Source of the DNA: an uncultured Candidatus Saccharibacteria bacterium
GTDB lineage: Bacteria; Patescibacteriota; UBA1384; XYA2-FULL-43-10; 1-14-0-10-43-13
Direction: 5' to 3'
Assembly: GCA_964543385.1 (NCBI GenBank)
Contig: CAZIYE010000001.1
Location: 330,001 to 362,000 of the forward strand
Length of the DNA: 32,000 bases
Shown: in pieces, positions 19,916-27,377 of the stretch
Position numbering within the stretch: the stretch's first letter is position 1
Layout of the letters: each line of letters opens with the position of its first letter
The notes under the pieces: generated by a model
Told to the model about the DNA's origin: nothing
Database searches by the model: none
What the model saw: the letters and a program-made list of their open reading frames with translations, nothing else
Program-made: the position numbers and the translations under genes

Positions 19916-20624
19916 AAGTTACAGATGAGAGTAACGGCCCATAAAGATCATCGCTCATCGAGATTTTCAAATTTTTAATCTCCTGCTTAGTAGGACTATC
20001 TGAAGCAAATTTTACAAATGGTAAATCTTTTATCAAAACCATCGGCGTTATCTCATTGCCCTCCCCCATCACCAAGACCGCAGCGACAGCAAGAGCATCT
20101 GCATGATTTGCTTGCGTATATTTCAACTTCCGGCCGAAGATATCAGGCTGCTGCCGATAATCCTTTAGGGCAGCAAAACCTGCATGCGCTATCGCTATTC
20201 CAGTTACCCCATACCTCAACGGCGAAGTTTTACTATCAGTTATTATCACCCCAAAATTCTTTAAGGAGCATTTATTGGCAATATATTCACGGATTATTTT
20301 TGCACTAGTAAAAGGATCTTTCGGCCAGAGAATGAAATGTTCATCACTATTTGATTCATCAATTCCCGCCGAAGGAATCAATATATTATTTTTTATAGTC
20401 AGAACAAAAGGAGAATCAGAATCGATATATAGATCAGCTTCTTGTTTTATTAACTCATCTTTAGGCTCTTGGTTGCTACGAATATTACCCTCGAAGATGG
20501 ACACTATCTTCGAAGTAATTGCCAAAATACTTCCTTCTTCTATATCAGCAAGATATTTGTCCAAGAAGGGCTCAAGAAGGGCATATTCCTTGACTACACT
20601 AGTTTTGATCTGTGTAACTATCAT
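19899..20624 (-). CDS. Coenzyme F420-0:L-glutamate ligase-like (CofE/FbiB-type) protein
   Basis: GSILAITSKIVSIFEGN, NNILIPSAGIDESNSD, FGVIITDSKTSPLRYGVTGIAIAHAGFAALKDYRQQPDIFGRKL, NHADALAVAAVLVMGEGNEITPMVLIKDLPFV. Confidence 0.88.
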   Translation of the reverse strand: MIVTQIKTSVVKEYALLEPFLDKYLADIEEGSILAITSKIVSIFEGNIRSNQEPKDELIKQEADLYIDSDSPFVLTIKNNILIPSAGIDESNSDEHFILWPKDPFTSAKIIREYIANKCSLKNFGVIITDSKTSPLRYGVTGIAIAHAGFAALKDYRQQPDIFGRKLKYTQANHADALAVAAVLVMGEGNEITPMVLIKDLPFVKFASDSPTKQEIKNLKISMSDDLYGPLLSSVTWEKGK

Positions 20625-21270
20625 CTTTTTTCTTAAGCCAACTTACTCCAAGATATGTAAATGGTGTGCCGAAAACTGACATTGTACATTTTAGCAGCCA
20701 ATATGGCAGCACTAAACTAGCGATAAAAGCATAGTTATTCGCGAACGATTTATCAAGAGCATAAAACGCTAGAGTAATAAAAATTGTTGTATCTAAAAAC
20801 TGGGAAATGAAGTTAGACAGATTGTTACGAAGCCATAGTTTGCTTTTGCCAAGCTTTTCTCTGATTTTTGCAAAAATAAAGACATCAGTAAATTCCGCTA
20901 TGATAAATGCCGTGAGACTAGCTAACGAAAATCTGATAGAAATTGCAAAGATAGTATCGTACGCCTTTTCATTCGGCAAAAATCTAGTGGACGGCGGCAG
21001 AATTGTGGCAAGAGTTGTAAATAAAATTAAAAGCACAATAATGACAAGACTAGATCTGATCACACCTTTTGCTCTCGCCTTGCCGAAAACCTCCACAATG
21101 ATGTCATTTATTGTGAAAACCAAAGGCATAAGAAAAATAGCCACACTGGCATTTAGCCGGTATGATCCAATATTGAATAGATAGAACGTTTTGCCACCCA
21201 TCAGCTCAGCAGCGACGATACAGAAGATATAGATTGCAATCAAAAGGTCAAACTTTTTTATTTTAAACAT
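20599..21270 (-). CDS. yhhQ: Queuosine precursor transporter (YhhQ/VUT family)
   Basis: VAAELMGGKTF, PLVFTINDIIVEVFGKARAKGVI, NNLSNFISQFLDTTIFITLAFYA, TPFTYLGVSWLKK. Confidence 0.88.
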   Translation of the reverse strand: MFKIKKFDLLIAIYIFCIVAAELMGGKTFYLFNIGSYRLNASVAIFLMPLVFTINDIIVEVFGKARAKGVIRSSLVIIVLLILFTTLATILPPSTRFLPNEKAYDTIFAISIRFSLASLTAFIIAEFTDVFIFAKIREKLGKSKLWLRNNLSNFISQFLDTTIFITLAFYALDKSFANNYAFIASLVLPYWLLKCTMSVFGTPFTYLGVSWLKKKDDSYTDQN

Positions 21271-21350
21271 AAGTCTCCAAAAACTTTATTAGATTTATTA
21301 TTCCTCCTAAAAGTTTTGAATGCTTATATCATAGTTTGTCCTTTTCTAAT

Positions 21351-22268
21351 TTATTTGAGATTGATTACCACTATATCAGGCCTCGCGCCAAAACGAAAGG
21401 GGAAATAACTCCCTCCAATTCCCTTGGATACAATCATCTCTGTCCCCCTTTTTTCAAATTTTCCGAAACGATACTTTGCTCCATATTCAGACGGAATAAT
21501 CGGATACCAGCCAAAAATACCAACTTGTCCCCCATGCAAATGTCCGGCAAACATAAGATCAATTCTATCTGAATCTAGATTCTCGAAGTAATCAGGGTTG
21601 TGCGAGACAAGCATAACAAAATCGCTTTTCTGCGTGTCACTAATTGTTGATTCTAGATTCTGATCCCGATAGTAGAGATCCCCCACTCCACCGATCTTGA
21701 TCCTTGCGTCTCCATGGCTCAACCAAAAAGATTTATTCTCAACAGATCGCATCTTAAATTGGGAAATATCGGCATTATCGGAAAAAGAAATGATTTTTTC
21801 TTTCTCAAGCTCAGCAATAATTTTAGGTCTGGTAAAAACCCAACGGTCATGATTACCAAATGTCACATAAATTCCGTCTTTTGACCTGAGCTTTGCCAAT
21901 TTTTGAAAACATTCGACGACTTTATTAGGATCACGATCTGCAAAATCGCCGCCGATAATGATGATGTCTGGATTTTCAGAATTTACCTTTTCAACTAATT
22001 TATCTAGACCAATATTTTTGACCCCGTAATGAATATCTGAGAAAAACACGATCCTTTTTCCTATAAATTCCTTGGGAATTTGCGTTGAATTGATTTGATA
22101 ATCTTTTACCTCGACCTGCATGGGCTCGACAAAATACGAATACAAAAGGAAAATAACAGGTAAAGAAATTATAGCTCCCCACCAAATCCATTTTAAGTTT
22201 TGTTTCCGTTTTCTATTTACCACAGCATTTCTTATATTTTTTTCCACTTCCACATGGACATAGATCAT
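21351..22268 (-). CDS. Calcineurin-like metallophosphoesterase, membrane-anchored (YkuE-like)
   Basis: GKRIVFFSDIHYG, PDIIIIGGDFADRD, YVTFGNHDRW, LVMLVSHNPDYF, LMFAGHLHGGQVGIFG. ORF track start 22364 lies deep in secA; the internal ATG at 22268 is more plausible. Confidence 0.92.
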   Translation of the reverse strand: MIYVHVEVEKNIRNAVVNRKRKQNLKWIWWGAIISLPVIFLLYSYFVEPMQVEVKDYQINSTQIPKEFIGKRIVFFSDIHYGVKNIGLDKLVEKVNSENPDIIIIGGDFADRDPNKVVECFQKLAKLRSKDGIYVTFGNHDRWVFTRPKIIAELEKEKIISFSDNADISQFKMRSVENKSFWLSHGDARIKIGGVGDLYYRDQNLESTISDTQKSDFVMLVSHNPDYFENLDSDRIDLMFAGHLHGGQVGIFGWYPIIPSEYGAKYRFGKFEKRGTEMIVSKGIGGSYFPFRFGARPDIVVINLK

Positions 22269-24966
22269 TGCGACCAACTTTTGAACTATTTTTGACCTGC
22301 GACTTTGGTCCGCTCGAGGCAGATTCCTGCATCCGATCATAAACTGTTTTGCCTTTTTCAACAATTTTGGTAGTTACGCTATTTTCCTGCAGTTTGCGTT
22401 CTTGAGATACTGCCATCATTTTTTGAGCCACAGCTAGATCTTCTTTTTCATGCTCAAATCCGCCCAGTTCATCAACATCTGGCTGAGTATATTCAACATT
22501 TTTCGGCAAAACAGGCTTCGATTCTTTTTCCACCTTAACTTCCAGCTTAAAAATCATCTTGGCCACATTTGCTTCGATATTTTTCAAAAGCATCTGGAAC
22601 AAACTATAGGCTTCCTGCTTATACTCCACCAAAGGATCACGCTGGCCATAACCACGCAAGCCGATACCAGTACGCAGTTCATCCATCGTTGTCAGGTGCT
22701 CAACCCAAAGCATGTCGATATTTCTTAAATAGACCGACTTCTCAATTTGTCTCATGACCTCGCTGCCAAACTTTTTTTCTCGCTGATCATAAAGTTTGCC
22801 CGCAAAATCAACCATCTCTTTCAATTCTGGCAAAACTACATCACCAAATATGGCTTTTAGCTCACCTTTTATCTTTTCGTCGTCGCCATAATGAAGTTGC
22901 GAGGTGTTATTTATCTCGTCTTCAATAATACTTAATATTTCTTCCTTAAGGCTAACCGACTCGTTTGGAACTTCTAATTCAGAATCTATTTGGTAATTAT
23001 TGTCTGCTTCTTGATTCTCGGTCTCTAATATTCGTCGTCTTTTCTTGTAAATAACCTCTCTGTGCTTATTCATTACATCGTCATATTCGACCAAATGTTT
23101 TCGAATATCGAAATTATATCCCTCAACCCGCTTTTGAGCCGACTCAATTGAACGAGAAATCATTTTATTCTCAATCGGCATATCATCAGGGAGACCAAGA
23201 GAATCCATTAGATTTCTCAATCTTTCACCGCCAAAAATACGCATAAGATCGTCATCCATTGAAACAAAAAATTGCGATGATCCTGGATCCCCTTGGCGAC
23301 CTGCACGACCACGAAGCTGATTATCAATTCTACGCGCCTCATGACGACCGGTACCCAAAACATGCAAACCGCCTAATTCCCTAACCCCTTCCCCTAATTT
23401 GATGTCAGTACCACGCCCAGCCATATTTGTTGCTACAGTCACAGCGTTCTTAAGACCTGCTCTTACAATTATCTTTGCCTCTTTCTCATGATGCTTCGCA
23501 TTCAATACCTCATGTTTGACCCCAGCCTTTTTAAGCCTTTTTGAGAGAAGTTCATTTTTAGCCACTGAAACAGTACCTATGAGGATCGGCTGACCCGTTG
23601 CATTTCTGTCTTTAACTTCCTGAATAATTGCCTCAATTTTCGCGTCTTCACTCTTATAGATTCTATCCGCAAGATCCTTCCTACTTACAGATTTATTCGT
23701 TGGTATTTCCACTACGTCAAGCTTGTAGATTTTATAAAATTCCTCGGCCTCTGTTGCAGCCGTACCGGTCATACCAGCAAGCTTGTTATACATTCTAAAT
23801 AAATTCTGAAATGAAATAGTTGCCAAAGTCTGAGATTCATTTTTAACCTCAACATCTTCTTTTGCTTCAATTGCTTGATGTAAACCCTCAGAATATCTCC
23901 TACCAACCATCAGACGACCAGTAAATTCATCAACAATAATAATCTCACCATCACGCACTACATAATCACGATCTTTCTTAAACAATGCATGAGCCTTCAA
24001 CGCCTGCTCGAGATGATGAACTTTTACGAAGCCACCAGCCTCATAAATGTTCTCAATGTGCAGCATCTTTTCCATCTCTTTTATGCCTTTATCTGTCAGA
24101 TTGACTGCTTTGTCCTTTTCGTCAACGATATAATCATCTCCCTGTTTCAAACGAGGCACAAGTACGGAGAATTGCTGGTACATACTTGCCGATTCCTCGG
24201 CTGGCGCTGAGATAATCAAAGGGGTCCTTGCTTCATCAATCAAAATCGAGTCAACCTCATCTACAATAGCAAAATTCAATTCTCGCTGAGAACAATGTTC
24301 CAGGCTCGGAGCCATATTGTCACGAAGATAATCAAAACCAAACTCATTGTTCGTACCATAAGTGACATCACAAGCATATGATTCTTTTCGAGTACAAGGC
24401 TCCAGATTCAAACCCTCACACTCTGAATAGTGTTTATAGCTATGTTTTTTAGCAAATCTATATGTTTCTTGGTTACTTTGGATTACTCCTGTAGAAAGAC
24501 CAAGAAAATCAAATACTTCGCCCATACCCTCACCCTGATGCTTTGAGAGATAGTCGTTGACCGTCACTAAATGAACGCCCCTGCCACTAAGTGCATTTAA
24601 GTAGAGAGGCAAAGTAGCGACAATGGTTTTACCTTCACCGGTTTTCATCTCAGCAATTTTTCCCTCATGTAAAACCAAGCCACCGATCAGCTGAACATCA
24701 AAATGACGCTCACCCCATACTCGGCGCATAGCTTCTCTCATAACGGCAAAAGCCTCAGGCGTAATTTCTTCTATTATCGCTTGCTCTTTTACGGAATCAC
24801 CTTTGGCTGTAATAAATTTTTCTTTAAGCTCTGAGGTCTTTGCTTTTAGCTGATCGTCAGAAAGTTTTTTTAAGACTTCCTCAAATTGATTTATTCTATC
24901 TACCTGTTTTTGCAGCTGTGAAATTACCTTTTTGCTTGGATTGTATAGGAGGTCAATAATTGACAT
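22213..24966 (-). CDS. secA: Preprotein translocase ATPase SecA
   Basis: MRRVWGERHFDVQLIGGLVLHEGKIAEMKTGEGKTIVATLPLYLNAL, VDEVDSILIDEARTPLIIS, TNMAGRGTDIKLGEGV, and C-terminal SEC-C zinc motif GRNDLCPCGSGKKYKKCCG. Confidence 0.99.
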   Translation of the reverse strand: MSIIDLLYNPSKKVISQLQKQVDRINQFEEVLKKLSDDQLKAKTSELKEKFITAKGDSVKEQAIIEEITPEAFAVMREAMRRVWGERHFDVQLIGGLVLHEGKIAEMKTGEGKTIVATLPLYLNALSGRGVHLVTVNDYLSKHQGEGMGEVFDFLGLSTGVIQSNQETYRFAKKHSYKHYSECEGLNLEPCTRKESYACDVTYGTNNEFGFDYLRDNMAPSLEHCSQRELNFAIVDEVDSILIDEARTPLIISAPAEESASMYQQFSVLVPRLKQGDDYIVDEKDKAVNLTDKGIKEMEKMLHIENIYEAGGFVKVHHLEQALKAHALFKKDRDYVVRDGEIIIVDEFTGRLMVGRRYSEGLHQAIEAKEDVEVKNESQTLATISFQNLFRMYNKLAGMTGTAATEAEEFYKIYKLDVVEIPTNKSVSRKDLADRIYKSEDAKIEAIIQEVKDRNATGQPILIGTVSVAKNELLSKRLKKAGVKHEVLNAKHHEKEAKIIVRAGLKNAVTVATNMAGRGTDIKLGEGVRELGGLHVLGTGRHEARRIDNQLRGRAGRQGDPGSSQFFVSMDDDLMRIFGGERLRNLMDSLGLPDDMPIENKMISRSIESAQKRVEGYNFDIRKHLVEYDDVMNKHREVIYKKRRRILETENQEADNNYQIDSELEVPNESVSLKEEILSIIEDEINNTSQLHYGDDEKIKGELKAIFGDVVLPELKEMVDFAGKLYDQREKKFGSEVMRQIEKSVYLRNIDMLWVEHLTTMDELRTGIGLRGYGQRDPLVEYKQEAYSLFQMLLKNIEANVAKMIFKLEVKVEKESKPVLPKNVEYTQPDVDELGGFEHEKEDLAVAQKMMAVSQERKLQENSVTTKIVEKGKTVYDRMQESASSGPKSQVKNSSKVGRNDLCPCGSGKKYKKCCGK

Positions 24967-25102
24967 GTTTATTCCATTATTAAATTAAAAAACATTAAAT
25001 CCCCGTCGAATTAGGGAATTGCCAATTCCAATGTATCATTTAAGCAAGCCGAGTTCAATCAAGGAAACATAAAAATGCTTTACGCCTTGCATTTTCTACA
25101 TG

Positions 25103-25471
25103 CTATTTTTTGATTCTTAAGGCCTTTAAAAAACGATTTACTGCTTTTTCTGAACCTTCATGAGCCTTATCGATTTGTTTCTTATGAAACCGCTGCATCT
25201 GTCGCTCAAAAGATTTATATGCAAAAGCAAACGCTCTCATCAATCTATCATCGACTTCACGAACGAATAATTTCTCATGGTTAAATGTTGCCGAAAGCTC
25301 AACAGCCTGGTCTACACCACCTTTTTCTGCACTTGTTTCGTCACGAAGATAAATATCGAGAGTCATCGGTTCATTCTTTAAATATCTCTTCAGTTTCATT
25401 AGCTTTTTCTCTATCAGAGACTTCTGACTCGCAGTAATCACGATGTCCTTGATATGAAATTCTACTTTCAT
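25103..25471 (-). CDS. hpf: Ribosome hibernation-promoting factor / RaiA, short form
   Basis: MKVEFHIKDIVITASQKSLIEKKLMKLKRYL ... AVELSATFNHEKLFVREVDDRLMRAFAFAYKSFERQMQRFHKK. Confidence 0.88.
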   Translation of the reverse strand: MKVEFHIKDIVITASQKSLIEKKLMKLKRYLKNEPMTLDIYLRDETSAEKGGVDQAVELSATFNHEKLFVREVDDRLMRAFAFAYKSFERQMQRFHKKQIDKAHEGSEKAVNRFLKALRIKK

Positions 25472-25538
25472 ATACTCTCCTTTATTAATTGCCTTAAGAT
25501 TATTCTAACACTCATAGTAAATATTAAAAGAGAACAAA

Positions 25539-25583
25539 TGAAAAACCGCCCGGCGTGTACGTAAACGTACTCGTCGAGCGGCG
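25539..25583 (-). terminator. Rho-independent terminator of the small GC-rich gene
   Basis: Minus strand CCGCTCGACGAGTACG-TTTA-CGTACACGCCGGGCGG followed by TTTTTC; 16-bp stem with three non-Watson-Crick positions. Confidence 0.8.
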
Positions 25584-25604
25584 GAACCCCTCCGCGGGGT
25601 CAAT

Positions 25605-25934
25605 CTAATCATGGTCGTCGGCCTTGGGGGGCATTGCGGAAATCACGTTCAATACGATAGTGATGGTGACACCAACTATCGCAGTGGCCAGAATCCACAG
25701 AGCACCCTTCCACTCCAGACCTGGAGTGGAACCAGACCTGTACCATGAGTCGATGAATAATTTGCCGACCTGTCCCCCAGAGAAGAGGGCCAGCAAAGTA
25801 CCCACGAGGCGGAAAAAGTTGAACCGAGCCCAACCTCGGCGAACCTCCACCTGCATAGCGAAGATCAGGAAGATCAACGCCGCGACCAGCCACCACAACG
25901 GAGGCCAGGTCAGAACCTGTGAGAATATTACCAT
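25605..25934 (-). CDS. Small putative membrane protein in a GC-rich islet
   Basis: MVIFSQVLTWPPLWWLVAALIFLIFAMQVEVRRGWARFNFFRLVGTLLALFSGGQVGKLFIDSWYRSG...WILATAIVGVTITIVLNVISAMPPKADDHD. SD GAGGTGAT just upstream of ATG 25934; the track start 25988 lacks this support. Confidence 0.7.
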   Translation of the reverse strand: MVIFSQVLTWPPLWWLVAALIFLIFAMQVEVRRGWARFNFFRLVGTLLALFSGGQVGKLFIDSWYRSGSTPGLEWKGALWILATAIVGVTITIVLNVISAMPPKADDHD

Positions 25935-25993
25935 TACGATCACCTCATAGCATTTTTGCCAGCAAAGTATCCAGCTTTTGCCGGACATTGTTT

Positions 25994-26025
25994 AATATAC
26001 AATCACTTTTTACTTGTTTTGTCAA
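25994..26025 (-). promoter_or_regulatory. Possible promoter for the small GC-rich gene
   Basis: Perfect -35 TTGACA at 26025..26020. Candidate -10 elements TGTATA (18-nt spacer) or TATATT (20-nt spacer) are imperfect. Confidence 0.35.
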
Positions 26026-26063
26026 TACAATTATTAACCACAATGCATATCCGGACTCGTTTA

Positions 26064-26111
26064 TATTAAAGAAAAAGACTGCTAGTTGGCAGTCTTTTTC
26101 TTTAATATAGA
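26064..26111. terminator. Strong terminator hairpin downstream of serS
   Basis: Perfect 21-bp stem TATATTAAAGAAAAAGACTGC - TAGTTG - GCAGTCTTTTTCTTTAATATA. Confidence 0.85.
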
Positions 26112-26116
26112 GTAGT

Positions 26117-27373
26117 TCAACGTTTTATTTCTTTAAACCCAGTATATTTATGTAAAACCTCAGGTATTTTGATCGATCCGTCTTTTTGCTGGCAATTCTC
26201 CAAGATAGCAATCAATGGTCTTTCGGAAAAAGCAGTGCCGTTAAGAGTATGAACGTACTCAATTTTTCCACTCTTATCCTTGAAACGGATATTTAGCCTT
26301 CTTGATTGGAAGTCAGTGCAGTTCGAACAAGAATGAGTCTCACGATATTTGTCCTCGCTAGGCATCCATACTTCGATATCAAACTTCTTAGATGCAGGAG
26401 CGCCTAAGTCACCCGCACAGATATTCACTACCTGATATGGCAAGCCAAGACCTTGCATCAATTTCTCTTCAAGAGAAACAAGGTATTCATGTTCTTTTTC
26501 TGAATCTTCCGGCTTGGTGAAGGAAAACATCTCAGCTTTATTGAACTGGTGAGCTCGTAAAATTCCTCTGACGTCCTTACCATGGCTGCCTGCCTCGCGT
26601 CTAAAACATGTTGAGATACCTACATAACGCAATGGCAAACTTTTTTCCGGCAATATCTCATCCATATGGTATCCGGCAAGAGGCTGTTCGGCAGTACCAG
26701 CTAGATATAAATCATCTTGATTCTTGTAAATTTCATCCTCGCCACCAGGAATATAGCCCGCACCTTCCATAACTTTTCGATTCAACATGACCGGTGGAAT
26801 AATTGGAATAAATCCCTCAGCCACGAGAGTGTCTAATGCGTAACGAAATATAGACAACTCAAGCACAACCATTTCTCTTTTCAAGAAATAAAATCTTGAG
26901 GCTGCTATTTTTGTCGCTCTTTCTGTATCAAATAAATCAAGTTTTTCAGCTAGCTCAATATTATCAAGCGGCTTGAAATCAAATTTATTTGGCTCTCCCC
27001 ATTTTCTATTAGTGGTATTATCCTTATCAGATTCACCGTCGATAACATCAGAAGCAGGTGGATTTGGAATAGCCAACATTACTTTTTTGTATTCTAGATT
27101 AGCTTTTTCTAGTTCTGGTTTGAGTTCCTTAACTTTCTCAGAAATAGTACTTGCTTCCTTGATAGAATCAATCTTCTGCTGACCATGAAACATTGCGATC
27201 TCTTTGGAAAGCTTATTCAGCTCACTCTGATTGTCCTCTAGCTTGGAAATAAGATCACGTCTTCGCTGATCAAGATTAATTGCATCATCAATCAGAGCAG
27301 GCTCAGCCCCTTTTCTGGCTATCCTTTTCTTAATATCATCGGCATTTTCTCTGATGTACTTTATGTCTAGCAT
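26117..27373 (-). CDS. serS: Seryl-tRNA synthetase
   Basis: MLDIKYIRENADDIKKRIARKG, class II motifs YRDTHSCSNCTDFQSRRLNIRF-type and TLNGTAFSERPLIAILENCQ. Confidence 0.97.
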   Translation of the reverse strand: MLDIKYIRENADDIKKRIARKGAEPALIDDAINLDQRRRDLISKLEDNQSELNKLSKEIAMFHGQQKIDSIKEASTISEKVKELKPELEKANLEYKKVMLAIPNPPASDVIDGESDKDNTTNRKWGEPNKFDFKPLDNIELAEKLDLFDTERATKIAASRFYFLKREMVVLELSIFRYALDTLVAEGFIPIIPPVMLNRKVMEGAGYIPGGEDEIYKNQDDLYLAGTAEQPLAGYHMDEILPEKSLPLRYVGISTCFRREAGSHGKDVRGILRAHQFNKAEMFSFTKPEDSEKEHEYLVSLEEKLMQGLGLPYQVVNICAGDLGAPASKKFDIEVWMPSEDKYRETHSCSNCTDFQSRRLNIRFKDKSGKIEYVHTLNGTAFSERPLIAILENCQQKDGSIKIPEVLHKYTGFKEIKR

Positions 27374-27377
27374 GGCT

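Noticed and set aside
25016-25035. Short palindrome GGAATTGCCAATTCC upstream of secA
   Set aside because: Only 6-bp arms in AT-rich intergenic DNA with no accompanying promoter elements; could easily be chance.
25624-25950. Plus-strand ORF (108 aa, MGGIAEITFNTIVMVTPTIAVARIHRAPF...) and a second minus-strand frame 25609-25896
   Set aside because: They are side effects of the GC-rich segment being open in several frames. The minus-strand ORF starting at 25934 has an SD, plausible TM helices and a downstream terminator; these do not.
25086-26116. tRNA or small RNA genes in intergenic gaps
   Set aside because: The gaps contain no cloverleaf or GTTCRANNC-type arm that I could find. The hairpins present look like terminators.
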